Below are positions 43,405 to 54,049 of a DNA stretch of 64,000 bases, in pieces. The position numbers were made by a program, and so were the translations under genes. The stretch comes from Sphaeroforma arctica JP610 (taxonomy: Eukaryota). The notes below the pieces were generated by a model, which did not search any database, was not told the DNA's origin, and worked only from the letters and a program-made list of their open reading frames with translations. The stretch is taken from contig NW_014040556.1 of assembly GCF_001186125.1 (NCBI RefSeq), positions 147,787 to 211,786 on the forward strand, given 5' to 3'. The stretch's first letter is position 1, and every line of letters starts with the position of its first letter.

Positions 43405-45400
43405 TCAGATCGGTAATTGGTGTTGAAGATTTTGCGCCACCGGATGCGCGAGCCCTATGTATGAGTTAGGCAAGGAAGAATACCGTACAACACTTTGCAG
43501 TGCGATTAATGTTTCCAATCGGGTGAGCATGGCTTGCCTCTCCATCGTCAATCTCTCTTTCGATTCGCATAGCTCTTTGTTCCTCGCAGTCAATGCGCGG
43601 ATATAATTAGCGGCTCCGTTCAAGATCAAGACTTTGGGGGACTTATCGTTCGTCACTAGATCCGGGACCGCTTCTCGTAGAGTATCAAAAGATTGACGAA
43701 GGTCCTCGCGCCTTTTTCTCTCCAAAACGTTGTGCACGTGACGTTTGGCTTCCGCTTCGTTTAAGTTGGACGGAACAGAAATGTCCGAAATATCAACTTC
43801 GCCTGTGCTAGAAGTGCTCGTCACACGCACTTTGTGAACTACCACGCCGCCAATTTCTTCGGTTAGGGACGTGCTGGTCGTAGTTGTGCTTCCAGTTCCT
43901 TTAAAGGCAGTGCGCAAGGCATTGGGCAATACGGCAGCCGAGCCAGCAGTCGTGGGTGTACTTTTTCCAGCAGCTGAAGATACTTTTGAAGTTTTCCTCA
44001 CAAGTTTGGGCGCTGATAATTCTGTTGGTGCCACACACGATGGTAGACATGAACCTTCCAGTGAACCTGTACTGAGTGGTTCTGTTTTCACTCGTTTTGC
44101 AGGTGTCGGTGATGAGGTACCTGACGGTGGTGGTGTATTATCGTTGCTACGCACCCGTTTCGTGACGGTTGCAGGTTTATTGAAATCGGTTGAGGGCTTG
44201 CCGTCTTCGAGCGCACGCTCGGAAAACAAACTCGAGCCATGCGCCACGAGATCAACACCACCATGACCATTACCGAGCTCCTCAAAATGAGATGACTTCA
44301 TATCAGGCAACGCCGTTCCGCATTCGGTTAGATCAAATAATTTAAAAGGCGCGATACCTTCCTCGTACAACAATACGCTATTCCGCGTCGCCGAGCGGCT
44401 TAGCAGGGGTGACGCGGGTGTTGAAGGCGCGGGTGTCGGTAAAATGGCCGACGGATTGAACAGCTGCGCTGTTTCGCATCCAGTGATTGCCATCTAGTAT
44501 AATATTAAAATATAATATCCGATCAGACTCAAAAATAACTCGACTAGAATATGCGTGCTAGCAACTCGTATAGACTGGAAAATAGAAATTTATGCATTGC
44601 TAAAACTCGCATAAACTTTTAAAAATATAACTTTAAAATATGCAAGCTATACTCGCATAAACTTGTACATATTCTGCATCTTAATAAAATATATATATAT
44701 ATATATTGAACTGTGTATACGTTTACATAAAGAAATATACCATCATATCTGATACACGCCTAGAAATCGTAGCCAAATATGTTTTACAACATACCTTCAT
44801 CGATTCCGTTGCAGTATCAGCAGACAATAGATCGTGGTAACCAGATGCGGACAAACTCAACATATCCTGGTGTGAAGGCGGCGTAGGAATATCGAAGCGA
44901 ACCTCGCACTCATCGAAAGATGAATGTAGAAGCTCTGTGAAGTCCGAGTCCAGACTCAGCCACGGTTGGTGTGTGTGATGTAGAGGCTGCTGAGAACCCA
45001 TATCGATTTCCATGGCTGAAGACTGATAGATAAAAATTTCTGAAGTGGGCGATCCCATCATCGAGTCTACGGAAGATGACGATGTTGATAGTATCTTGGA
45101 GAAAGCCATTGTGTTTGCGCTATCCGTACTGCTGATGCTACCATTCCTATCGCTGGTGACATCGACACCAAATACACTCCTTGGTGATGAACTCTCTTCT
45201 CCACTACCTATATCTGGTTGGCTGAGATCAAGATCTTCTAATTCTGTTCGGCACCTAGAATCTATAGTCGAGGCCAATACTGTAGAGCTTCTTGGCGAAC
45301 CCATATCATCTTTTACGACTAGGTCGGAAATCGCGCTACTATCCATGAACGACATGAGATGCTGCTGCGACAGGCAGGAAAACGAAGATGAGTTCAGCAT
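43405..45400 (-). CDS. MYC: Myc-family bHLH-ZIP transcription factor; exons about 45400-44795 and 44493-43405
   Basis: KRHVHNVLERKRREDLRQSFDTLREAVPDLVTNDKSPKVLILNGAANYI followed by a leucine zipper; FDIPTPP (Myc box I-like); phase-0 GT-AG intron at 44794-44494. Confidence 0.85.
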
Positions 45401-47870
45401 CTTTGATGTGTTGATATTGTACACTTGACCTGGCCTTACAGATGACACAGTAAAGGAAGTAAGCACTAGCAAATAGGGCTATATGCTACCTTCTTTCTAC
45501 TTCTGCTAAGCAATCCAACCTTGTAGTGTCGCTCGCAACCGAATTGCATAAACCGAATGGTATTTTATTTTCCTTTGTTATTTTATTGTCCCATGTGTCG
45601 TTCGCTTGAGCAAAAAAATGCATAAAACACGACAATATGGTCCGCCTTTATTATTCCAGAACCCTCTGGTATTTGAAATACCGAACATCATGATTCATGC
45701 GTATGTTTTACAGTACCGGTACTTTATACTTTTTTTCGTATTCTTAGGAGGGGGGTTCAAAACTTCAAAACTTCAAATACTCGCGGAGATTTTATTTACC
45801 AGTGCCCTTAATATAGGTTGTTTGCACCGTTGCATAAGTCTCATTTTATTGGTAACATAAATTTATATAACATATTCTATTGGGCGTTTTGTGCTCATTT
45901 GATGATATAGAATTATAGATCAATAAAATAGTTAATAATGTAGAAGTTAGATATAGATATGAGCCTGGATATTCCATGATGTCTACGATATTGGGACTTG
46001 AATGTGTTACTATTTTTATTTGTTTATATATTTTTTTAAATGAAATACGTTCAAAACTGAATCGCTCATAAAAGTTCAAAAATCGTGACTTCGTATTTTT
46101 TTATTTTAGGCTGCTTTTGCCAACTTTATTCAAATTTTCAAAACAAATTGTACGATGGAGTAAAACACCTTACTCCGGTAACTAAATGCTGAATTGCATA
46201 TCCTCGTGCTGAAAATTTGTTGAGATTTTGAAATTTTAGAAATTGTCAACACAATTCTCATTCCAAAATTTCTTCAATTTGTCACGTTTACCAACTCCAA
46301 ATTTTGATATGTGACCTCTTGGAAATTGTCCTCAAAATTCGATTTTCCACAATATCCACAATAAAATGAAAACGAAGCTCAGACAACGTTTTCACTTCGG
46401 GCGAAGAAATTGTCCGTCTCTTTCACGAGAGTTACTGGCTTTTCGGGCGCGCAGTCCAGAAACACAAACGATATCATTAAAAAAAAACAATGAGAACAAA
46501 TGTGTGTACTTCTATCTATGGTGTATACGTTCTATTTGTGCAAACATACACTTCATGTGTCAGTATGAGGGTTGCAAAGGAACCTGTGGGGAGTGTCTTA
46601 CATTGATACAAAAGAAACGACTCACACAATTACTGACTATCAGCAACATGATGAGTTTCTAGGGACTATTAACGTTACCTAGTTGATCCTCCGATCAGCC
46701 AACCAGATTTGCCAGTCTGATGAAGGCTAAGTCGGTAATTCTTGATAGTGGCAAGTTATTGGTTAAGACAATAACTAAGGACATCAAGAGTAATTATTAT
46801 TTTTTCTAAAGATAGGATTTTATGAGTCTCTCGGATTCGCCCCAGTGAAACATACCATAGTTTCTAATAGAGCGACAACGAAACACTAAATAAAATCCCT
46901 TCGGCGGAAACAATACTGAGATTATATATAGGCAATGTCTCAGCCTCACAATCCCTCAGAGTATTACTGTTTTCACGAGACATACCTAACTTTACTAAAT
47001 GTCTTATTTCGTTTATTTACTTTGATATTTTCACGATCCTTAGAATTTACCTACGCGTTTATTTATTTTAAGGCGTTAATATCGCATTGAGAGACCGAAT
47101 CTTACATTGGGAGGCTGTAATATGCGTACGCGACCTCAAACGATGCATAGTAGAAAGGAATAACTTTTACAGCCCTTGTATTTTAGAAATACGGCCTCCG
47201 GTCAGTCTAAAATATCAAGATCAAATGAGATAACACATTGGTTTTTATTTGTATGTATTTAATATATTTTAATATAAGTTCTTTTTCCAATAATTCCAAA
47301 GTGTTCTAAATTTACTTTGAAGGCTCCAATAGCCTGAGTATTTGGTATGACTCATTTACTTGGACCTATTTGAGAACACGGCGCAGACCTGATCCGTACC
47401 ACAGAGGTGGGTACTCTACTTAGTAGGTCAGCAAGCGAATATATGGAACATTCGATAGTAACAGTGTTTTATCAACACCGGCCCGAATTGACTCAGCATA
47501 TATCTTCCATTGTCGACTCACTTGGCCCAAGCTTCAAACGGGAATTTACTCTGACCACTTCTTCCCATCAATCTTTCCTGAACCACTACAGCGACTATGA
47601 GAGCCATACCATATGTTCATGCATTGTATCATACATACTCCAAATACACTGTTTTTTTTGCCATATTTACCATAAAAATTCACCAATCCTCAAATCGCCT
47701 TCTTTTTTCACCAATTCCAAAAGTACCTTCTTTTTTCTCCGATTTTTTTTTTTAGGGTTTTAAGCCCTTAATCCCTAAGCCCCTAAGGTTATCGTTTTGG
47801 TGAAAAAAGAACTTGTATTAAATTATTAGAACTTTGTGAACATCGGAAAGGGAACTTGTACAAAATCATT

Positions 47871-48863
47871 TTATTGTCGCGTAAAGTCTCGAGGTACTAG
47901 CTGACGACGTGTCCTGATGTTTCGCGAAAACGGCACTCGTACAGTCGAAGACGGTATACGTCGTGTACTCACACGGTAGAACGGAGCCACATAGTACCGG
48001 CGATCTGAACCTCTTTGCTGTATTAAAACCAATTTCCACACCACACCCGCGCCCAGGCTGCGTCTGGGTAGCACCTCTACAAGCACGTTTTCGCTGAGAA
48101 CAGAGTTCATCATCATGGACCTCTCTTCGCCAGTCATGTCAGCAACCGAGAGACTGGTCCACTGTGCAGGTGGTGCATCATCATCACTGTCAACGTCAAT
48201 AATTGCTGGTCTAACTGCAGATGTCGTCATGGGGTCGTCATAGTCTTCGCTGTCCACGTCACTATCCACGTCACTATCCAGCATGCGATCCAGCTCTGTG
48301 GCTTCAACACGTCGCATGGTGTCCTTAGCCCTTTTCTCGGCATCTTGGCGCTCGACGACAAGATGATGGGCTGCATGCAGAGACAGTCTCACGTACTTTT
48401 CCGTATCCGGCAGATACACCACTACCACGTCATCATCACACACAGAGCGGATAGTGGCAGACGCCTTGCCGATAAGCACGTGCTCACCTAAAAGAGATCC
48501 ATGGGGCTTGGCCAGTGTACACTTGTACGTGGCACCGTGGAGCAGCGACTCGTAGTCGGCGGCCAGCGTGATGGTCGGCAGCTGGGTGATCTTGGCCTGG
48601 CACAGGTGGCCTTTGAGGGCAATAATGTTAAGGTCAAGCTTGCAATCCGTGCATGTCCGGCGGCAAGTTTCAAGCATCTCATACATACCCCGATTCTTAG
48701 ACATGATGTAGGTGGTGTTGCGGCACTGGCAACACGGGTTGCCTTTGGTCTTGGTCACACAGGCAGTACACAGCGTTGCGCTACAGCAGGACGCCTGCTT
48801 GACACCCAAAGTCACAGCGGTGCAGATGACACAGGTAAAATTCGATTCCAGGATGGCCTCCAT
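47871..48863 (-). CDS. RING-finger protein (putative E3 ligase) with an adjacent Zn-binding motif
   Basis: CVIC...CCSATLCTAC...CCQCR, then CTDC...HLC. Likely start at MEAILES. Confidence 0.7.
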   Translation of the reverse strand: MEAILESNFTCVICTAVTLGVKQASCCSATLCTACVTKTKGNPCCQCRNTTYIMSKNRGMYEMLETCRRTCTDCKLDLNIIALKGHLCQAKITQLPTITLAADYESLLHGATYKCTLAKPHGSLLGEHVLIGKASATIRSVCDDDVVVVYLPDTEKYVRLSLHAAHHLVVERQDAEKRAKDTMRRVEATELDRMLDSDVDSDVDSEDYDDPMTTSAVRPAIIDVDSDDDAPPAQWTSLSVADMTGEERSMMMNSVLSENVLVEVLPRRSLGAGVVWKLVLIQQRGSDRRYYVAPFYRVSTRRIPSSTVRVPFSRNIRTRRQLVPRDFTRQ

Positions 48864-49117
48864 GTTGCTTGTTGGTTGTTGTTGCTGGTTGTTGTTGTTG
48901 TTGTTGTTGTTGGCTGTTGGGGAGATTGTGAATGAGAGTGTACACTGTTTGTGCGTTTTATACCCCAACTAGTCTCAGACTCCACCCCCAAGATGGGGGT
49001 ACCAATGGTCCAGCGCCGATCCATGGGGGTTCAAGCCAGCCTGCAGTGGTGCACGCGCCAACTCTTGTACACATTAATAAAAAACTGGGAATCAAAAAGA
49101 ATCGATAGATCGCGGTT

Positions 49118-49213
49118 CAGTCAGTGATCGGGGAGGTATCAGCGTCGTTTTCGGCTTTGCAGTCAGAGATCGGGGAGGTTTCAGCGTCGTTTTCGGTTTT
49201 GCAGTCAGTGATC
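49118..49213 (+). repeat. 42-bp tandem repeat, about 2.3 copies
   Basis: CAGTCAGWGATCGGGGAGGTWTCAGCGTCGTTTTCGGYTTTG starting at 49118 and 49160, partial copy at 49202. Confidence 0.9.
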
Positions 49214-49227
49214 CCCGCCCCGGTCAC

Positions 49228-49908
49228 ATGGGCCTTTTGGTGCCTGCAGTGCACACTGTACTCGTATATGATGGACTAAGATACAAGGAAATGCAACCCG
49301 TCACGTATCGGCAAAAGGGGGCTGCTCTGCTCGCGCGTCTGGCGCAACTAGGGTCTGACGCGCGCGTAAGGAGCGTCTCTGACCTCAACGCGTTGCTCCG
49401 AAAATGCCCACTGCCAAATTTCGACCCCAACAACAGCTACTTTTCGCACCTAGTCGCGCAGTGCTCCACGTTCGTGTCCTGGGTGTACAGGCTCGACGTG
49501 TTCGTATCAGGCTGGCACTCTGCCACCGGCCACGTGCTACAAGGGAAATACATGTACAGGGGGTCGCCTGTTGAGGTTCTCGACAAGCAGCACTATGTAT
49601 CCACCGGCAACACGCCGGGTGCTGGCACACACATAGGCGCCTTTGCCCTGGTGGAGCCCGGCTTTGTGTCATGCACGGGTAGCAGGGAAGCGGCCGCCCG
49701 GTCCGGGGGCTGTATTCTGCGATTCGAAATACCACAGCGTGTGTCCTACTACTACGACGACGGAGACTGTCTTTTAGAGCGCAATCTGATATTCATTGAT
49801 TTTGCATTCCACGGCTGGCACGAAGCCGCCGGACGTCGGATCGCAGTGGTTGATTGCGAGCTTGTGCCACACCGGGGCTATGACCCCGAACGCTTTTTTA
49901 TTTCGTAA
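49228..49908 (+). CDS. VIP2/R-S-E-type ADP-ribosyltransferase-like protein, copy 1; catalytic Glu apparently missing
   Basis: LNALLR...YMYRG...FVSCT...ILRFEIP...GDCLLERN; clear paralogue of 55113-55901. Confidence 0.7.
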   Translation: MGLLVPAVHTVLVYDGLRYKEMQPVTYRQKGAALLARLAQLGSDARVRSVSDLNALLRKCPLPNFDPNNSYFSHLVAQCSTFVSWVYRLDVFVSGWHSATGHVLQGKYMYRGSPVEVLDKQHYVSTGNTPGAGTHIGAFALVEPGFVSCTGSREAAARSGGCILRFEIPQRVSYYYDDGDCLLERNLIFIDFAFHGWHEAAGRRIAVVDCELVPHRGYDPERFFIS

Positions 49909-49956
49909 CTAACGCTGCGTGAGGATTTTTTTTTTTTCTTTTCTTAATGAAACAGA

Positions 49957-50892
49957 ATGCAAAACAAAAACTGGGGCTTGATTATTTTGTCCTGTGTGGT
50001 CTGTGCCGTCCTAATCTATCTCTGGAGACGTTCACGACAGGATGTACCAAGCGTAGTGGTAGACAGAGAGAGTGCGACGGGTACAACCAGGGCGGGTAAG
50101 TCGTGCACATGCGACAATAAAACATCGACCACCACCGGAGGATCAACGGGTACGTCTACTGGGACGTCAACTGGTACGGGAGCGTCAGTCGCGGGCCTCA
50201 GTGCCTCCACTAGCATGTACATGCTCGCGTGGTCCAATACCGGCGACGGCGACAAAACTACGATGCCGTCGGATGGCACGGGGGCCATTGTCATGCTTGA
50301 CGGGGACGACAGTGCAAGCACTGTGCGAAAATACAAAGACCAAGGGTACCTGGTCGCGGGGTACATTTCCGCCGGCAGCTGGGAAGACTGGCGCGACGAC
50401 AAGTCAGAGTTCCCCGACGAGGTGTTCGGCAAGCCGTACCCGAACTGGCCCGACGAGACGCTCTTCAAGTTTGACAACTGGCCGCTGCTAATCCCCGGCA
50501 TGACGAAGCGTATGCAGAAGCTCAAGGAGAAGGGGTTCGAATACGTAGAGTTTGACAACATTGAAAACTCGGACGAGAGCGACGACGACCAGGTCGACTA
50601 TACAAGGCGACTGGGCGAGGTGGCCCTTGAGATCGGTCTGGGGCCGTTGTTCAAGAACGCCGCCGATCTGATTCGGCATGATAAAACGGTGCAAGACAAT
50701 TTCGTCGGGTTTATTTGTGAGGAATCCATCCAGTGGGGTGACACAGAGGTGTTCCACGAGGTCGCCGCGGGGCAGAAGCCCATTTGGATCTTTGAGTACG
50801 ACGACGTGTCCTCGTCCGATCTGGAGAAGGCCAAGTCGCACGCGACCGAAATCTGGTTGGACACAAACAACGGGTGGGAAAAACTCGCATAG
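49957..50892 (+). CDS. Glycoside hydrolase family 114 (endo-alpha-1,4-polygalactosaminidase-like) with N-terminal membrane anchor
   Basis: TM helix, Thr/Gly/Ser linker, then YISAGSWEDWRDD, NWPDE, KGFEYVEFDN, FKNA, EES and KPIWIFEY. Confidence 0.85.
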   Translation: MQNKNWGLIILSCVVCAVLIYLWRRSRQDVPSVVVDRESATGTTRAGKSCTCDNKTSTTTGGSTGTSTGTSTGTGASVAGLSASTSMYMLAWSNTGDGDKTTMPSDGTGAIVMLDGDDSASTVRKYKDQGYLVAGYISAGSWEDWRDDKSEFPDEVFGKPYPNWPDETLFKFDNWPLLIPGMTKRMQKLKEKGFEYVEFDNIENSDESDDDQVDYTRRLGEVALEIGLGPLFKNAADLIRHDKTVQDNFVGFICEESIQWGDTEVFHEVAAGQKPIWIFEYDDVSSSDLEKAKSHATEIWLDTNNGWEKLA

Positions 50893-50996
50893 CGACAAAT
50901 TCTACCAAAACGTTTATTTATTTATGAATTGTCTTTATATACATCTATCTATACAAGTTTTTGTTATCTATACAGCTAACGTGACAAATTCTCTTC

Positions 50997-52862
50997 TCAA
51001 CAGATCGAGAAGTAGTCGTTCAGAGTCCGCACTGGTTCAAACACTATTTTCTGGCGATACTCGATGGACTTGAGACGTCTTTTGCTTATCGGGATACTCA
51101 TGTCGCCTAGATCATACAAGCGCCCAGTCGCAAGATCGTCCGTTACACTGTCATCAAATCCCGTAACCGGTTCGGGGGTTGACTCTAACGATGGTGGCAC
51201 TAGTATCACGATATCAGTATCTTCGCTTGCACAAAAAACACTTGTTTGGTGATCGGCTAGTGTCATGACTTCAACCCCGTCTTGTGTGCCTAATTGGCTG
51301 GCGCGCACAATCTTTCCCGACTTTGTGACGTTAAAATTGAGAAACACACAGTATAGAACAGAAGTGTCCAAGGTTAGCGTATTGAGCCATAGGACTGTGG
51401 CGTGCAGCATACGTAGGCGCTCGCCCAAAGTTTTAGTCCGCATCTCATTGCAGTAATCTGGATTGAAGCGTATAAAAACGGAGGCTTGGTCTTGGTCTTG
51501 GGGAGTGGCGGATCCAACAGCGCGTGTGCGATATAGCCAGTCTTCGTCGTGTTCAGACCCGTGTTGAAACTCATCGGTCTCGAGAATAATTGTATGTGCC
51601 ATTGTATACTCGGAGTCCACTCGAAAGTCGCCATATTCGACCTCCCAGCGAAACACACACTGTTGATTTAGTAGGGTAAAGATGCGGTTCAGACCCTGAT
51701 TTACAGTCGTTTGCTTCAGCCTGTATCGAAATGTCGGCAAGTGTACTGAGCAGAGCGATTCTTTTGGGGCTGGACGCCCGCAAGGGCAGTGTCCATCGGG
51801 GTGAAACTGCCGCACATGTGTGTCGAGAGTCTCTTGACTAACACAAGCGGCATCGCAGCTGGGGCAGGTGTATGCAAGCTCGTGGTAGTGTCTATGGCGA
51901 CCAAGGGCGTCCTTATCCTTAAACGCGGCAGTACAAATACCATCGTCTAAAACCCAGCCGCACGTGAATGGACGATAGTCTGTATGCATGTACATGTGTC
52001 GTGTAAGTTTTGACGACGTTGTAAACACTCGGCCACACGGATCCACGTCTGTACTCCCCGTGGGGACCCACATGCAAAACTTGAGACCGTCGCCAGTGTG
52101 TAGGCGCATGTGTGCGGTTAGGCTATCCTTGCGACCATATGTCGCCATGCACGGGCCATCCTTTGAAACATAATTGCACGCATGGGGTCTATCGCTGGTG
52201 TGTACACACATGTGCTTTTTAAGACCACCTGGCTGGTTGAACGACAACCCACACGGTTCGGCATCCGGATCGTCCGGGGGAGTCCATGTACATATGAACG
52301 ATCTATTGTTTTCATGCACACTTTGTCTATGCGAAGATAAGTTGTTGTTCGTTTTAAACGAGACTCTACACGTTTCACATATAAAGGGTCTGTCGGTTCC
52401 GTGAACACTCTGCATATGCTTTTCTAGGTGACCGGATTGACGGAACGCAGTTTTACAGACATCACATACATAGGGTCTTTCGCCAGTATGAGTGCGTAAG
52501 TGTACACTTAGTGCACTCGATGTACCAAACACAGAGGTGCATGTGTCATGTGTACACTTGTAGTTCCTAACCTGAGTATGTACGAGCTCATGTGACTTGA
52601 GTGCGTCTAATCGCGAGAAACTGACCGAACAGCCTACCCACTTGCAACCGTATGGTTTCTCGCCAGTGTGGCCACGAATGTGCCGTCGCAGCGCAACATT
52701 ATTGAGCCAAGTGTGTGTCTTGTCACACTCGCGCCAGATGCACACCTTTGCCAGTTTGTGGGTAGTGTTGACGTGTGCAACTAGGTCTGCACTGCTATCA
52801 AAGTGCTCTGTGCACTCACCCCATGCACAATCTAGTACTGGAGGTTTGACGCGTACTGGCAT
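50997..52862 (-). CDS. 11x C2H2 zinc-finger array fused to a C-terminal Vsr/PD-(D/E)XK-like endonuclease domain
   Basis: Eleven CxnC...HxxxH fingers with TGEKPY/TGERPY-type linkers, then FRVD...IILETDEFQH...VFIRFNPD. First ATG at 52862. Confidence 0.8.
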   Translation of the reverse strand: MPVRVKPPVLDCAWGECTEHFDSSADLVAHVNTTHKLAKVCIWRECDKTHTWLNNVALRRHIRGHTGEKPYGCKWVGCSVSFSRLDALKSHELVHTQVRNYKCTHDTCTSVFGTSSALSVHLRTHTGERPYVCDVCKTAFRQSGHLEKHMQSVHGTDRPFICETCRVSFKTNNNLSSHRQSVHENNRSFICTWTPPDDPDAEPCGLSFNQPGGLKKHMCVHTSDRPHACNYVSKDGPCMATYGRKDSLTAHMRLHTGDGLKFCMWVPTGSTDVDPCGRVFTTSSKLTRHMYMHTDYRPFTCGWVLDDGICTAAFKDKDALGRHRHYHELAYTCPSCDAACVSQETLDTHVRQFHPDGHCPCGRPAPKESLCSVHLPTFRYRLKQTTVNQGLNRIFTLLNQQCVFRWEVEYGDFRVDSEYTMAHTIILETDEFQHGSEHDEDWLYRTRAVGSATPQDQDQASVFIRFNPDYCNEMRTKTLGERLRMLHATVLWLNTLTLDTSVLYCVFLNFNVTKSGKIVRASQLGTQDGVEVMTLADHQTSVFCASEDTDIVILVPPSLESTPEPVTGFDDSVTDDLATGRLYDLGDMSIPISKRRLKSIEYRQKIVFEPVRTLNDYFSIC

Positions 52863-53118
52863 GGTTGACAATGGTGTATAAACGAATTTGAAATTCTCGA
52901 ATTACAATGTGAACTTGTGATATGTTTCACAATAGTGTAGAAATGAATTAATAATTTTCAAACTACACATTATTATACAACGATAAAAATACTGGACGCG
53001 TCTTCGTTTTAAAAGATAACAGCGTGCATGTGATATTAAGTTGTTCGGGAACAAATTAATATCCAATAGAATCCGGTCACGTGAACAATGTTTTTATTGA
53101 TAATAACAGTACTAAATC

Positions 53119-53628
53119 ATGTCTGGGACAGTAGCGATAGAGGCAGGCTACCAGTTATCACTGTTAAGGGTTTCGACGTTTTACGTAAAACGAAACATCA
53201 TGTTTAAGGATGACCTGCAAGTACTCTTGGACGCCCCACACAGCAACGATACGTGTGCACCACACGGCTCAGTGTATGAGATCATCACCGACTGGATCGA
53301 ACACGAAATGTGCGACCCCAGCTGGTTCGAGACGGCATTGCATGCGCACTTTTACTCAAGGGACAAGTCGTGCCAACAATTGTTGCTGGACAACAAGAAC
53401 ATATACCACCATCTCGGGTGCGCTGTCGGAACGCCCTCCGACCCTGTGAACTTGCGCGCGTTCCTGGTGCTTTCAGTTCCGTACGTAGACCACGTGCGCG
53501 GTAAGCTGTTTGACGAGATTCTGCGATACTACGAGCAGCAGTTTGAATCTGCGGGCAGCATACTGGACCGAGTACGGGATATAGTGGGGCAGCCGAATAC
53601 GGATCAGTACGGGAGACTTGACCGGTAG
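53119..53628 (+). CDS. Hypothetical protein, possibly the 5' part of a frameshifted gene
   Basis: 169-aa ORF with protein-like composition; no family recognised. Confidence 0.5.
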   Translation: MSGTVAIEAGYQLSLLRVSTFYVKRNIMFKDDLQVLLDAPHSNDTCAPHGSVYEIITDWIEHEMCDPSWFETALHAHFYSRDKSCQQLLLDNKNIYHHLGCAVGTPSDPVNLRAFLVLSVPYVDHVRGKLFDEILRYYEQQFESAGSILDRVRDIVGQPNTDQYGRLDR

Positions 53629-53902
53629 GCTCCACTGGTACCGCGTGTGGGCGGCTAAGAGGATTGAGAAGACCTTGCTAGAATTGCTCTGCCGCGTGCG
53701 CGGCATGAAAGAGCATTATCATGAACTCAATGTGGTTAGGTGTGAGATTCAACTACTCTACTACTTTATCCACTACCACGAATGTCAGTTGGGGCTGGCG
53801 ATCCCAATCCCCAGTGTCGACGAGGGATGCTTCCACATCTTTACAGATGAAGTCGCGAGCGACGGTCGGGAGCCGGAGACAAGTCTCCAAGAGGCACCAT
53901 AG
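53618..53902 (+). pseudogene. Overlapping out-of-frame ORF, possible 3' part of the preceding gene
   Basis: Begins at TTG with no early ATG, overlaps the upstream stop, and ends exactly at a heptamer array. Confidence 0.35.
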
Positions 53903-54034
53903 TACAACGTACAAAGTTCAAAGGTCAAAGTTCAAAGGTCAAAGTTCAAAGGTCAAAGTTCAAAGTTCAAAGGTCAAAGTTCAAAGGTCAAAGTTCAAAG
54001 TTCAAAGTTCAAAGTTCAAAGGTCAAAGTGCAAA
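53903..54034 (+). repeat. Heptamer array A, (CAAAGTT/CAAAGGT)n, about 18 units
   Basis: Direct reading. Confidence 0.95.
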
Positions 54035-54049
54035 ACCTGTTCATTTTTA

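Noticed and set aside
46716..46745. CTGATGA as a hammerhead ribozyme core
   Set aside because: No stem II followed by GAAA, and no matching cleavage triplet geometry.
48864..48968. N-terminal poly-Asn/Gln extension of the RING ORF
   Set aside because: It starts at a non-ATG codon and is an (AAC)n run, more likely 5' UTR.
53903..54034. Heptamers as nuclear-receptor DR1 (AGGTCAAAGGTCA) or TCF (TTCAAAG) sites
   Set aside because: The word match is real, but nothing here indicates such factors and nuclear receptors are animal-specific; treated as coincidence.
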